Positions 20,146 to 30,247 of a stretch of DNA of 64,000 nt are shown one piece after another. Made by a program: the position numbers and the translations under genes. The DNA lies in NCBI GenBank assembly GCA_965207075.1, contig CBDBLO010000002.1, positions 1,760,001 to 1,824,000 on the forward strand, given 5' to 3'. Numbering within the stretch: position 1 is the stretch's first letter; every line of letters starts with the position of its first letter. Origin of the DNA: Nitrosopumilus sp. (lineage in GTDB: Archaea; Thermoproteota; Nitrososphaeria; Nitrososphaerales; Nitrosopumilaceae). The notes beneath the pieces are model-generated. The model ran no database searches. It saw nothing but the letters and a program-made list of their open reading frames with translations, and was not told the DNA's origin.

Positions 20146-21399
20146 TCATCCCGTTGCGATTCCCGCCCCCGCGTCCCCGGGCGCAGGGCCGGGCTGCGGG
20201 CCGGGATCGTCCAGCGAGTCGAAAAAGCCGATGCCGGCGCCCTCCTTTTCAGACGGCTTTGAGGGGAGGCGCACGCCGCGCGTGGTCTCCACGTTGGGCG
20301 TGGACGGGTCGGGCAAATGCACGAACAGCGGCATTTCCACCGGGTTCAGGATCAGGAAAGGCATCGGCCTCCTGGTCCTGTACCCGCGGAGCCCCCACCA
20401 CCCCCTGTCAAAATACTCTGATACGGCGCGGCCGAAAAACTGGTCCGGGTCTGGCAGGTGCCGCGACTCGAACATGCACACCCGGTGGTCGCGCGAACCG
20501 CGCAACCCGGGCACCATGATCTGGGACTTTTTTGCGTCGGAGCAGAACCTGTCATATCTGTAGCGGAACTTTGCCAAATGCTCGTACGTGGAATCGATGC
20601 CGTCCACCGACAGCGCCGAGATCTTGTCAAACGGCAGGTCGATGTCTTTGCCGCCGTTGCTGCTGTTGCCCTGCACCAGCCCCCTTATGCTCATTACCAG
20701 GTGCGCGCCCTGCATCTTTGCCATGACGTGCTTCTTGAGGCCCTTGTAGTTGCTTGTAAGGTCGTACCCGAGTTCCGGGTGCTTGCGCGGCTTTTTCCCC
20801 GTGATCTCGTCCCCCCACGACGTGTAGTCGCCGCGGTTTATCTCCATGAACCGCGCGTCCAGCCGCGACATGTGCGTGCGGAGAAAAGGCGTGCAGTCAA
20901 GCCGCGCAAACACGAACTGGATCCACGCGCGGCTGGCCGACTGTACGGCGCTCGCCATCCTGGTGATGAGGCTGTGCCCCCCACTACCGCCGCCACCCGG
21001 CTCGTCAAAGACCGTCGCGTAGTGGCCGTGCCGCGTCCCCACGTCAAACACGCGGCATGCGGACCCGCGGTCAAACCACGAGGGGACGGTCTCGCTCATG
21101 TCACCGAACGCCGCGTTGGGATACATGACCTGGAACGCCCGCTCGAAGTCGCCCGCGTCCCTCTCGTCTGATATGATGACAAACCGGAGCCTCGACTCTG
21201 CCGCGTCCCACCACATCTCAAAGCTCCGTACCTGCTCGCCTGCCAGGCCCCCGGCGACGTTTGCCGCCCTCTGCGGGTCCGACTCCAGTGGTACAGTTAC
21301 TGAACGGGCGGACGGCCTCTCTGGACCGCGTATGATCTTTCTGACGTCTGCCAGCTGCCCTCTGGGCATCTTTTTGTTTGAGATTCGCCACCTCGGCAT
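20146..21399 (-). CDS. Hypothetical protein upstream of the coupling ATPase
   Basis: 417-aa ORF; SFEMWWD..LRFVI..YPNA and FLILNPVEMPLFVHLP resemble the N-terminal region of long VirD4-like proteins. Confidence 0.55.
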   Translation of the reverse strand: MPRWRISNKKMPRGQLADVRKIIRGPERPSARSVTVPLESDPQRAANVAGGLAGEQVRSFEMWWDAAESRLRFVIISDERDAGDFERAFQVMYPNAAFGDMSETVPSWFDRGSACRVFDVGTRHGHYATVFDEPGGGGSGGHSLITRMASAVQSASRAWIQFVFARLDCTPFLRTHMSRLDARFMEINRGDYTSWGDEITGKKPRKHPELGYDLTSNYKGLKKHVMAKMQGAHLVMSIRGLVQGNSSNGGKDIDLPFDKISALSVDGIDSTYEHLAKFRYRYDRFCSDAKKSQIMVPGLRGSRDHRVCMFESRHLPDPDQFFGRAVSEYFDRGWWGLRGYRTRRPMPFLILNPVEMPLFVHLPDPSTPNVETTRGVRLPSKPSEKEGAGIGFFDSLDDPGPQPGPAPGDAGAGIATG

Positions 21400-21561
21400 G
21401 CAGTCAGGACGGCGGTTTCCTTTTAAGCCCGCAAACGCGCAGTCTCATCCGCATTCCCTATTTGCATCCAGATCAGGATGGTGGAAGCAGACGGGATGGA
21501 GGGGGATGCAGAATTGATTCACTATGGATAGTCTTAAAAACAATTTGAAATACCGTAATGC

Positions 21562-21720
21562 ATGTCAGAGACAAAGCAGGCATCAGATGACAGCCTGTGG
21601 CCAAACGAAGAGTATGCGATAGAACAGTATGAATCCGGAAAGGACACGACGAAGTTGTTTGAAACCCCCGAGGCACTGATAGAGGATCTTCACAGGGCCG
21701 AACGACTTTGTGGCGCATAG
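21562..21720 (+). CDS. Putative small acidic antitoxin
   Basis: 52 aa MSETKQ..EEYAIEQYESGK..FETPEALIEDLH; overlaps the RelE gene; conserved in the second copy. Confidence 0.7.
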   Translation: MSETKQASDDSLWPNEEYAIEQYESGKDTTKLFETPEALIEDLHRAERLCGA

Positions 21721-21977
21721 AGCGGACAAGCCGGTTTGTCCGTTGCTACGTGAGACTTCCATCCCAGATGAGAAGGAGGGTAGACGAGGCCGTATTGCAA
21801 CTTGCAGAATCTGAAAATCCCGCAGACGCAGGCGTCCCAAAAAGAGGCAGATTCAAGGGATACTTTGCGTATGAGATTGGGCGCTCGTACCGTCTGATCT
21901 ACAGGGTCGTCGACCGGCAGAAGATAGTCCTGCTGGTGGTAGTGGGAGACCACAAGTCTGTCTACGGCAAGGACTGA
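21708..21977 (+). CDS. RelE/ParE-family toxin
   Basis: WRIERTSRFVRCY.RLP..YEIGRSYRLIYRV..LVVGDHKSVY. Confidence 0.85.
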   Translation: MWRIERTSRFVRCYVRLPSQMRRRVDEAVLQLAESENPADAGVPKRGRFKGYFAYEIGRSYRLIYRVVDRQKIVLLVVVGDHKSVYGKD

Positions 21978-22133
21978 CTCTTCTATGATATTCTTTGGAC
22001 TGTCCTCTTTCCAAGACCCGGGGGCGCGACGCGCCGCCGGGCATTCCACTGTCCGCGAGGGACTGCGCCGGCATCCATGCGACTGGCTGCCCGGTGACAC
22101 CTGCATAAGCGGCGCACGCCCTGCGGCGGCAGG

Positions 22134-22979
22134 CTATTCCGCCAGCTTGTAGAGCCCGTTTGCGTTGCTCATCACGGGATCGTCTGGAACCACCACCTTG
22201 AACTCCTTTAGCTTGGCGGCCAGCCTCTCCCGCATGCCGGGGATCAGCAGCCCCCCTCCCGAGAGCGCTACGGTGTACCGGTTGCCGTACTGCCCGGACA
22301 CGTCGTGTATCTCGCGGGCCAGGTTCTCGGCCATTATCCTCGCGTACCTGTGGCACACGTCGTGGTTCCTGTGGAGCAGGTCCGTGTCGAGGTGGGCATA
22401 CCTGCCTATCTTTCGGGTTACAAAGTCCGACGCCCACCTGGAGCTCTCCCCGTCTATGATCTCCATGTCGTCTATCACCACGATCTCGGTTGTGCCCTGC
22501 CCGATGGACACCACGATGGCGCTCTCAAGGTCGAGGTCCACCAGCGTCCCCGAGGCCTGGGCGACCACGGTGCACGCCTCCGTATTGAGCGCCTTTTGTA
22601 TCACCCTTGTCATGGACTCGCGGTAGCCAAACGCGTGGTACGGCAGGCCGACCACGATGCGGAGCTTTGCGTCCGTGTCGGCCGGGGCCTTTGCCAGCCC
22701 GCGGACCTGGCGCATCGTCTCGGCCAGCAGCATGTCCACCTGCTTGTAGTACCTGGAGTCCGGCTTGCCCCTGACAATCGGGCTTATGGCAGTGGCGCCC
22801 ATGGTGTCAAGCAGCGAGCCTGCCTTGTCGCCCACCGCCTCCGTAGCCTTTTCCGTCCACAGCCCGTGGATGCGCCTCACGTATATCGACGGAAAGCGCA
22901 CCGCCCCGTAGTCGGAGACGCACTTTACAAAGCCGGTTCCGATGTCGAGGCCGATCTTCATCATTACGTCTGACATCAA
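22134..22979 (-). CDS. Actin-like ParM/StbA-family protein
   Basis: GLDIGTGFVK, RFPS, VVGLP, VSIGQGTTE, LSGGG, DPVMSNANG. Confidence 0.85.
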   Translation of the reverse strand: MMSDVMMKIGLDIGTGFVKCVSDYGAVRFPSIYVRRIHGLWTEKATEAVGDKAGSLLDTMGATAISPIVRGKPDSRYYKQVDMLLAETMRQVRGLAKAPADTDAKLRIVVGLPYHAFGYRESMTRVIQKALNTEACTVVAQASGTLVDLDLESAIVVSIGQGTTEIVVIDDMEIIDGESSRWASDFVTRKIGRYAHLDTDLLHRNHDVCHRYARIMAENLAREIHDVSGQYGNRYTVALSGGGLLIPGMRERLAAKLKEFKVVVPDDPVMSNANGLYKLAE

Positions 22980-23045
22980 TTGCGTTTAAGCGGGGTTTCG
23001 GCAGCCGGCCGACGGGCTGCCCGCGGCACCCGGACGCCGCGACAA

Positions 23046-23477
23046 TTACGTCCTGATCAAGTCCTGTCCCCGGCCGGCAGGCTCCGCGCCCGCGCGGCGC
23101 ACAAACGAACGGCTCTCGGCAAGCCCGGACAGGTGCACAACGCCCGCCAGAACGGCCGCCACGCAGAGGAACTCCGTATCCCACGTATGCGTGACCAGAA
23201 ACGGCGAGAAGACGACGAGCGCCGCCTCGGCCGCAAGCGCTGCCGGCACGGCCATCCGGAGTCGGAGGCGTCCGGCCAGAATGCGGAGCACCAAACTCTG
23301 CTCATATTTGAATAAAAATTGGCGGTGCCTTACGGTGTGCGCCATGTCCAGGCAGCAGGCCGCAAGCCAGAACGAGACGGGGCCCCAGGCCCATCCGGCC
23401 GGAACCGTCCACCCGGAGGCGTACGCAGTCCCGAGCAGCGCGCCCGCAAGGCACGCAAGGACGGTCGACGCCCTCAA
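23046..23477 (-). CDS. Integral membrane protein
   Basis: 3-4 hydrophobic segments; start overlaps the pilin stop. Confidence 0.6.
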   Translation of the reverse strand: MRASTVLACLAGALLGTAYASGWTVPAGWAWGPVSFWLAACCLDMAHTVRHRQFLFKYEQSLVLRILAGRLRLRMAVPAALAAEAALVVFSPFLVTHTWDTEFLCVAAVLAGVVHLSGLAESRSFVRRAGAEPAGRGQDLIRT

Positions 23478-23758
23478 TACTTGACGCCCACTATGACGAA
23501 CCCGACGAACCCGACAATGGCGATGATGATCGACACGTAGCCGAGGCCCTCAAGGACGGTCGCCTTTATGTCGCCCTCCTCCAGGCATTCGGCGTCGGCG
23601 CCGTCCTGGCCCTGTTCGCACAGCGTCTCCAGGTTGACGTTGGTGAACTCCTCTATTATAAGGGGCGAGAGCGATCCCAGCACGAGGAGCACCACCACCC
23701 CGATCACACCGTTCTTCATCTTCTGCTTGTCTTCCGGGTCCTTTTCTGAAAGTACCAT
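23474..23758 (-). CDS. VirB2/TrbC-like pilin, apparently circularly permuted
   Basis: Two TM helices; begins with VLSEKDPEDKQKMK and ends with GVKY, the two halves of the usual inter-helix loop. Confidence 0.55.
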   Translation of the reverse strand: MVLSEKDPEDKQKMKNGVIGVVVLLVLGSLSPLIIEEFTNVNLETLCEQGQDGADAECLEEGDIKATVLEGLGYVSIIIAIVGFVGFVIVGVKY

Positions 23759-23934
23759 GCATGGCATGTGCCCGATATCATAAAAGGCGGTTTTTCTCCG
23801 TACGCGGTTCGGCGGGTGGAGTGGAGAGAGGAATGGAGGCGCTGCCCCCTCTGTCGGGCGCCGTCCTCCGTCTGCCGCACCAGTCCCGGCGGCCGGACTG
23901 CGGGCGGGCCATGAGCGGACGGCGGCAAATGCGC

Positions 23935-23964
23935 GATGGTAACAAAGATTTCTTTGTTACCATC
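23935..23964. promoter_or_regulatory. Perfect 14-bp inverted repeat GATGGTAACAAAGA-TT-TCTTTGTTACCATC
   Basis: Read directly; lies upstream of the pilin operon at the island edge. Confidence 0.6.
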
Positions 23965-24196
23965 TAACAGATACGCCTGTCACCGGGGGGCTTGCTACGC
24001 GCCCACGAGTCCGTGACGGGGCGTTCCGGATGCCTCCGGCACACTTTTTTACATGCCTGGAAAACGTCAATGCGTCGTGGACGGCGGGCCTGGCCGCGTT
24101 GCAGGAACCTGTGCCGACCGGCGGCCGTGCGATCTATAATATGATGGGAATGTACGGTTTTCCCTACATGTACACTTTAGATCCCACTCTCTGCAT

Positions 24197-24331
24197 CTAT
24201 TGTGAAGCGGGCGTAGCCTGCACGCGGACCCTCGTAGTCGAATGGTTCATGATCTCTCTGTGGATCGCGGCAAGGCTCTCGTCCCTGAATATTAGGTTGC
24301 ACCTAAAGCACTTGGAGACAACCTCGGTCAT
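24197..24331 (-). CDS. Small C2H2-type zinc-finger protein
   Basis: KCFRCNLIFRDESLAAIHREIMNH. Confidence 0.65.
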   Translation of the reverse strand: MTEVVSKCFRCNLIFRDESLAAIHREIMNHSTTRVRVQATPASQ

Positions 24332-24594
24332 GTGCAAAAAGCAGGCGTGATTGCTTATAAAAGTATTGGATATTTTGTTCATTTTTTATGACATATGACG
24401 CCATATATTGAAAAGATGAAATTATTTCCGAATTTTGTACAATGTAATGCAATATCTTGCGGGCGGTTGGCGGCAAGCGGGGCGGGGCCGGACGGTCACG
24501 CGCAAATCCCACAAACCCACGCCGGCGCCGTACGCCGGCAACCCACGACAAAAAGGGATTTACGGCAAGGGACTCCTCGAATAATGACTGTAAG

Positions 24595-25221
24595 ATGGAG
24601 GCAGATCCCCTGTTTGATGCGGTGGGGGGACTCTCGTATGCCGGGATATTCCTGCTGCTAGTCGGCGTCAACGCGTCGCCCATACTGATGCCGCCAAGCT
24701 GGGTGATACTGGCCTCGTTCCACCTGCTTGACCCGACCCTGGACGTCATACTGCTTGCGGCCGTGGGGGCCACGGGGGCCACCGCAGGCAGGTTTCTCCT
24801 AAAGCGCGTCAGCATACGCTTCAGGCGGTTTGTGGGGCCCGAGCAGCGTGAAAACCTTGACACGGTAGGCAGGTACCTCAACGGCAAGAGGTACGGGTAC
24901 GTGCTTGCGTCGTTTCTGTTTGGCGCGACCCCGCTGCCAAGCAACATGCTGTTCATCGCATACGGGCTCATGCATGCAAAGAGCGCAGGGATATACGCCG
25001 GCTTCTGGGCCGGCAGGATGATATCGTATGTGATAATGATACACCTGGGGGACATAGTGCTGCGCCCCTTTGTCGGGATATTTGAGGACAGGCTGGTGGG
25101 GATACTGGTAGTCGACGGCATCGGACTCTGCGTGGTAGCTGTGTTCGCGTTCATAGACTGGACGCTCTTGATCACGAAAAAGAGGCTGAGGTTTACGAGG
25201 CCCAGAATCTGGAGGATCTGA
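24595..25221 (+). CDS. DedA/VTT-like membrane protein
   Basis: Hydrophobic; GATAGR, FGATPLPSN, FWAGRMI. Confidence 0.7.
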   Translation: MEADPLFDAVGGLSYAGIFLLLVGVNASPILMPPSWVILASFHLLDPTLDVILLAAVGATGATAGRFLLKRVSIRFRRFVGPEQRENLDTVGRYLNGKRYGYVLASFLFGATPLPSNMLFIAYGLMHAKSAGIYAGFWAGRMISYVIMIHLGDIVLRPFVGIFEDRLVGILVVDGIGLCVVAVFAFIDWTLLITKKRLRFTRPRIWRI

Positions 25222-25259
25222 CGAGCCCGCGGTCCCCAGAGGCATGCGAGGCGCCGCTG

Positions 25260-25571
25260 CTACCCGTAGTCGATGTAGCGATCGTACCTCTTCTCTATCT
25301 CGTTGTTGCGGCCAGACACTATCCTCTCATACTCCCGGTCGCGGCGCGCCGCAATGTACCGGCGTATGTCGGCAAACTCCGGCGTGTCCGGGAAGGAATC
25401 AAAGAGCGGCTCGGCCATCCTCAGGTACTCCAGCGCCTTGGCGCGGTACTCGGCGCGTGTGGGGTTGCGCTCGCGCCTCATCCTGAACCACACGGCAGCC
25501 CAGCTGGAGCCAAGCACGTGCGGCACCAAGTCAAACGCCCTCTCAATCTCAAACCGCTCGTCGTTTCTCAT
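25260..25571 (-). CDS. Conserved hypothetical protein
   Basis: ATGA overlap with hemB; ends with IEKRYDRYIDYG. Confidence 0.7.
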   Translation of the reverse strand: MRNDERFEIERAFDLVPHVLGSSWAAVWFRMRRERNPTRAEYRAKALEYLRMAEPLFDSFPDTPEFADIRRYIAARRDREYERIVSGRNNEIEKRYDRYIDYG

Positions 25572-26581
25572 TCTGCCAGAAGCGATCCTGCCACGTCCTT
25601 TGCAAAGTATGTGACTATTATGTCGGCGCCCGCCCTCTTTATGGAACTGAGCATCTCGAGGGCAATCTGCGTACCGTCCACGTATCCGGCGGCGGCCGCC
25701 GCCCTGACAAGCGCGTACTCGCCGGAGGTGCTGTATGCGGCGACCGGCAGATCAAGGCGCCTGCGCGCCTCGGCCACCAAGTCAAGGTACGCAAGGGCCG
25801 GCTTGATCATTACAATGTCCGCGCCCTCCTCCGCATCGGCCTCTACCTCCATCATGGCCTCGCGGGCGTTGGTGTATGGCATCTGGTACGTCGACCTGTC
25901 GCCAAACTGCGGGGCGCACTCGGCCGCGTCACGGAACGGCGAGTAGAATCCGGAGCGGTGCTTTGCAGAGTGCGACATGATCAGCACGTCAGAGAACCCC
26001 GAGTCGTCAAGGGCCGTCCGGATTGCAGACACCTGCCCGTCCATCATTGCCGACGGCGCGGCGACGTCGACGCCGGATTCCGCCTGGCTGACGGCGATCT
26101 TGGCAAGCACCTCCAGGCTCGAATCGTTGTCTATGACGGGGCTGCCTCCTTCTCCCCCATCTCCGCCGTGGCCCTCACGTATGACACCGCAGTGTCCAGA
26201 CAAGGTATACTGGCACAGGCAGACGTCGGACATTATCACGATGTCATCTCCAAAGGCCTGGCGCACCTCAGAGGCGGCCCGCTGCACGATCCCGTCCCTG
26301 GCAAACGCGGAGCTTCCCGCATCGTCCTTTGACGAGGGGAGGCCAAACAGCATGATGGCGGGGATGCCGGTGCTTTTGATTGACTCGACCTCCCCGGTTA
26401 CGTCCGACAGCGGCAGGCGCTGCATGCCGGGCATCGATTTCACCGTTACACGCTCGTTAATCCCCTCCTGGACGAACACGGGGCATACCAGGTCAGACGG
26501 CAGGAGCGTGGTCTCCCTGACCAAGCTGCGCATCTTTGCGGTTTTTCGCAACCTGCGCAACCGCCGTGTTGGAAACTGCAT
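25568..26581 (-). CDS. hemB: Porphobilinogen synthase
   Basis: RRLRRLR, DVCLCQYTLSGHCG, APSAMMDG, MIKPALAYLD. Confidence 0.97.
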   Translation of the reverse strand: MQFPTRRLRRLRKTAKMRSLVRETTLLPSDLVCPVFVQEGINERVTVKSMPGMQRLPLSDVTGEVESIKSTGIPAIMLFGLPSSKDDAGSSAFARDGIVQRAASEVRQAFGDDIVIMSDVCLCQYTLSGHCGVIREGHGGDGGEGGSPVIDNDSSLEVLAKIAVSQAESGVDVAAPSAMMDGQVSAIRTALDDSGFSDVLIMSHSAKHRSGFYSPFRDAAECAPQFGDRSTYQMPYTNAREAMMEVEADAEEGADIVMIKPALAYLDLVAEARRRLDLPVAAYSTSGEYALVRAAAAAGYVDGTQIALEMLSSIKRAGADIIVTYFAKDVAGSLLAE

Positions 26582-26802
26582 TATGCATTATGGTGTGATC
26601 GACAAGATATAATCCTAGTGAGAATCGAGGGCGGCGAGAGGGTATGCCTTGACGACTCCCGCATGTCGTGCAGGGCAGCGGGCAGGCCGCGCCCATGCTG
26701 CAAGCGCATGATCACATTTGTGCGCCGTCCGCCCTTGGGGCTGCCAGGTGCGGCAGGATTCTACTATGGGGGTTCGTGCCGCGCATATCGGAGGTATCCG
26801 CG

Positions 26803-28194
26803 TCAGTTTTTCGGGGCGGGGTCTTCTGAGGCGGGGGCGCGGGCATCGGCTGAAGGGGCGGTACCGGCATCGGCCGCACCGTCACTGTCACCCCCATAGT
26901 CAAACAGCCTGCCTGCAAGCGCAATCACGCCAGAGTCGCCGCGCTCGGAGGCCTTGCGCAGGTTGTTGATCGGGGGTGATACGATGCTCTCCACTATCTC
27001 GCGCGTCAGGCTGTCGATTATGCCTATGCGCCTAGCATCTGTCTCGTCGAGCGCGCGTACCGCCTTTTGGAGTTCCTTCTCTCGCAGGGCATCGATCTTC
27101 TTGAACACGTGTTCGGCTATGGGCTCCGCTGCAAGGCGCCTCACAGACGCCTCCAGTACGCCGACCTCCTCCTTTATTGCATCCTCGATGGCCCTGGCCT
27201 TGCCGGCCCTGGCCGTCAGGTTCTTTTCCACCATCTCAGATATCTGGTCCAGGTTCATCAGCTTGACGCCGGGCAGCGTCGCGACCCGCTCGTCGACCGT
27301 GCGCGGGTTTGAGAGGTCGAGGATCATCATGCCACGGCGGTGGCCGCCGTCCGGTTCGCCACTGCCACCGACGTGACCGCTGTTACCTCCGGCACGTCCG
27401 GCCGAGACCGCCTGCGATATCTTCTCAAACGTCACAAGCGAGTACGGGGCGGTGGTGGCGACAAACATCGCGTCGTACCCGGTAAACTTGGACAGAACCT
27501 CCTCAAAGCGCACCGGGGAGCCCCCCAGCGACTCGCAGAACGCCCTTGCACGGCCCAGGGTCCTGCTCGTGACGTCAAACGCGTACCCCCTGCGCAGGAG
27601 CGACTTTGCAACGAGGGTCGAGACCTCGCCCGTTCCGATAAGCAGTATCCTTTTTGACTTCATGTCGTCGATATTCTCCTCGGCAAGCCGGACCGCCATA
27701 GAGCCGACGGAGACGCCCCCCCTGCCGATCCCCGTGCTGCCGCGTATCCGGGTGCCGATCCGTATCGCCTTGTCAAATATCGTGTTCAGGTAGCGGCCCG
27801 ACGAACGCGTCTTGCGCGCCTCGGCAATGGAGCTCTTTATCTGGCCCAGTATCTGCTCCTCCCCTAGCACCATCGAGTCCAGTCCCGACGTGAGCTTGAG
27901 AAGGTGACGCAGCGCCTCGTCGTCCTCGGACATCTCGAGGTTCTCATCAAACGCAACCTCGTCGAGCCCCGTAAGGGAGGCCCACGTCCGCTTCAGCCGC
28001 TCGGTTCCCCCGGGGCCCGTACGCGCAAAGAGCTCCACCCTGTTGCACGTCTGTATTATCACGCACTCGTCCAGACCAGAGTGCCGCCGGAACTGCTCGT
28101 ACGCGTCGTCCACGTCCCGTATGGCGAACCGCTCAAGCACGTGTATGGGCGAGTTGTGGAACGTGACGCGCGCGTTGATGATCTTCTGCCTCAT
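26803..28194 (-). CDS. hemA: Glutamyl-tRNA reductase
   Basis: QTCNRVE, SGLDSMVLGEEQILGQ, DLSNPR. Confidence 0.97.
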   Translation of the reverse strand: MRQKIINARVTFHNSPIHVLERFAIRDVDDAYEQFRRHSGLDECVIIQTCNRVELFARTGPGGTERLKRTWASLTGLDEVAFDENLEMSEDDEALRHLLKLTSGLDSMVLGEEQILGQIKSSIAEARKTRSSGRYLNTIFDKAIRIGTRIRGSTGIGRGGVSVGSMAVRLAEENIDDMKSKRILLIGTGEVSTLVAKSLLRRGYAFDVTSRTLGRARAFCESLGGSPVRFEEVLSKFTGYDAMFVATTAPYSLVTFEKISQAVSAGRAGGNSGHVGGSGEPDGGHRRGMMILDLSNPRTVDERVATLPGVKLMNLDQISEMVEKNLTARAGKARAIEDAIKEEVGVLEASVRRLAAEPIAEHVFKKIDALREKELQKAVRALDETDARRIGIIDSLTREIVESIVSPPINNLRKASERGDSGVIALAGRLFDYGGDSDGAADAGTAPSADARAPASEDPAPKN

Positions 28195-28853
28195 GTTTTT
28201 TTGTCACCCCGCAGCATGGACATGGCGCGCTCTTCGGCCTCACCAAACCGCCCGTCTCTTATTAACCGATCAACTGTACTGTCGGCCATCACGGCCTCCA
28301 GCAGGCGTCTGCGCTCGGCCTGCGTCTTTATGGCAGTCTTGGCGGCGCGCCGCACCGCGTCCTGTATGCGCATGTGCGCCACCTCGCGGGAAGTGATCAC
28401 GCCGCGGAGCACGGACTCGGCCTTCTGGCATATCTGCTTTGAGACGGCAGGGCTCCGGCCCCCCGTGGACACTGCAACGGTTATCCCCCCCTCAATCCGC
28501 ATGACCGACGGGTGGGAAAAGTCGCTCAGGGCAGAGTCATCGGACCTGTATCCGAGGATGCCCCTCGAGCGGGCAGCGGAGACCGCCATGCCGTTGACTT
28601 TTGGATCATCCGTTGCGGCGACCACGACGGACGGCCCGTACCGGTCAAGAAACGAGCTGTCCGCCACGTCGCTCTCCTCCAGGGTGACGGCGTCGTCAGC
28701 TGACCATTTCCTGATCGCGTCTGACGCGGAGGCCGACAGCACCACGATGCGGCGGCAGCCCTCCTGCAAGAGCGCGTTGACCCGCCGCTCTGCCTGGGCC
28801 CCGCCTCCTATCACCACCACCGTCCTGTCCGTCACGTCAAGATCTATTATCAC
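28191..28853 (-). CDS. sirC: Precorrin-2 dehydrogenase / sirohydrochlorin ferrochelatase
   Basis: VVIGGG, AATDD, AVSTGGRSPA. Confidence 0.9.
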   Translation of the reverse strand: MIIDLDVTDRTVVVIGGGAQAERRVNALLQEGCRRIVVLSASASDAIRKWSADDAVTLEESDVADSSFLDRYGPSVVVAATDDPKVNGMAVSAARSRGILGYRSDDSALSDFSHPSVMRIEGGITVAVSTGGRSPAVSKQICQKAESVLRGVITSREVAHMRIQDAVRRAAKTAIKTQAERRRLLEAVMADSTVDRLIRDGRFGEAEERAMSMLRGDKKT

Positions 28854-29169
28854 GCGTATGATGATGCGCCAGAGTTATTTATTTACAGCCGGACGGCGTG
28901 CCGGTACGGCCTGTGCGCCGCCGGCATGCGCACTGCGCCGTGTTTGCCATCCGTTGCCTGTGCGCGCGGCGGCGACGCGGCCGGTTGCAAGCCAGCGGCT
29001 CGTACGAGGTGGGCGTGGGTAGGGGCGGACGAGCGGGCGGAGCGTAACGCAGCAAGGCGGAGTAGAGCACAGGGCGCGCAGCCACAGCCGTCCGCGTGCA
29101 GTCAGGGCATGCGGCATGGCTACACTTTTAATCAATATCATGCAACGGCGCCCGTTGACAGGCAACGAG

Positions 29170-30219
29170 ATGGACAACCTCGACATGGAGCTGCTAAACG
29201 AGATCCAGTGGACGTTCCCGCTTGTGAGCCGCCCGTTTGACGCCATGGCAGAAAAGTTTGGCGTCACCCCCGACGCCATAAAGGACAGGCTCACCGGCCT
29301 CAAAAAGTCCGGCGTACTGAGGCAGCTGAGCGCCATATTTGACACCCGCCGGCTCGGATACACAAGCTCGCTTGTGGCCATGGAGATAGAGCCCGGGCGC
29401 CTCGAGCATGTGGCGCGGCAGATAAACCGCCACCCGGGCGTGAGCCACAACTACGAGCGGGACCACGAGTTCAACCTGTGGTTTACGCTGGCAGTCCCCC
29501 CCGGCTCGAGCCTCAAGGACGAGCTAGACAAGTTTGCGGGCCTCGACGGCATCCGCAGGGTCAGGATGCTGCCCACCCTGCAGCTCTTCAAGATCGGCGT
29601 AAAGCTCGACATGGTAGACGACAAAAAGCACGAGGTCGCCCCCACCGAGAAAAAGAAGGAGATCAGAAGCGTCGAATTTGAGCCGACTGAGCGCGACAAG
29701 GAGTTTGTCAGAGAGCTTCAAAAGGACATGGACATAATCGACGAGCCGTTTGCCAGGGCCGCGGAAAACCTAGGCGTGACGGAGAACGAGCTGTTCGAGA
29801 AGATGAAATGGTACGAGGAGATCGGCGTGATGAGGAGGTTTGCGGCCATACTCAGGCACAGGCAGGCGGGGTTCTCGGCAAACGGCATGATCGTGTGGAA
29901 GGTTCCAGAGGGACGCATAGAAGAGGTCGGCGCAAAGCTGGGCGCGTTTCCGCAGGTCAGCCACTGCTATGAGAGGCCCACCTACAAGGACTGGCCCTAC
30001 AACGTGTTTTCCATGATACACTGCAAGACAGAGTCCGAGGCGCGCGACATGGCGCGGCAGATACAGGGCCAGGTAGGGGTCGACGAGTACACCATACTGT
30101 TCAGCTCAAGGGAGTTCAAAAAGACGCGCGTAGAGTACTTTGTAGAGCACGAGTTCAGGCCGGATGCGGCGCGTGCAGGAGAGCGGAAAGAAGAGATGCT
30201 CAGCGCCCCGCGGCCCTGA
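29170..30219 (+). CDS. Siroheme decarboxylase, fused AhbA/AhbB (Lrp/AsnC-like)
   Basis: Two Lrp-like halves with VSHNYER and VSHCYER..WPYNVFSMIH. Confidence 0.9.
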   Translation: MDNLDMELLNEIQWTFPLVSRPFDAMAEKFGVTPDAIKDRLTGLKKSGVLRQLSAIFDTRRLGYTSSLVAMEIEPGRLEHVARQINRHPGVSHNYERDHEFNLWFTLAVPPGSSLKDELDKFAGLDGIRRVRMLPTLQLFKIGVKLDMVDDKKHEVAPTEKKKEIRSVEFEPTERDKEFVRELQKDMDIIDEPFARAAENLGVTENELFEKMKWYEEIGVMRRFAAILRHRQAGFSANGMIVWKVPEGRIEEVGAKLGAFPQVSHCYERPTYKDWPYNVFSMIHCKTESEARDMARQIQGQVGVDEYTILFSSREFKKTRVEYFVEHEFRPDAARAGERKEEMLSAPRP

Positions 30220-30247
30220 GGGCTGCCGGCGGCCATCCACTCCAGGA

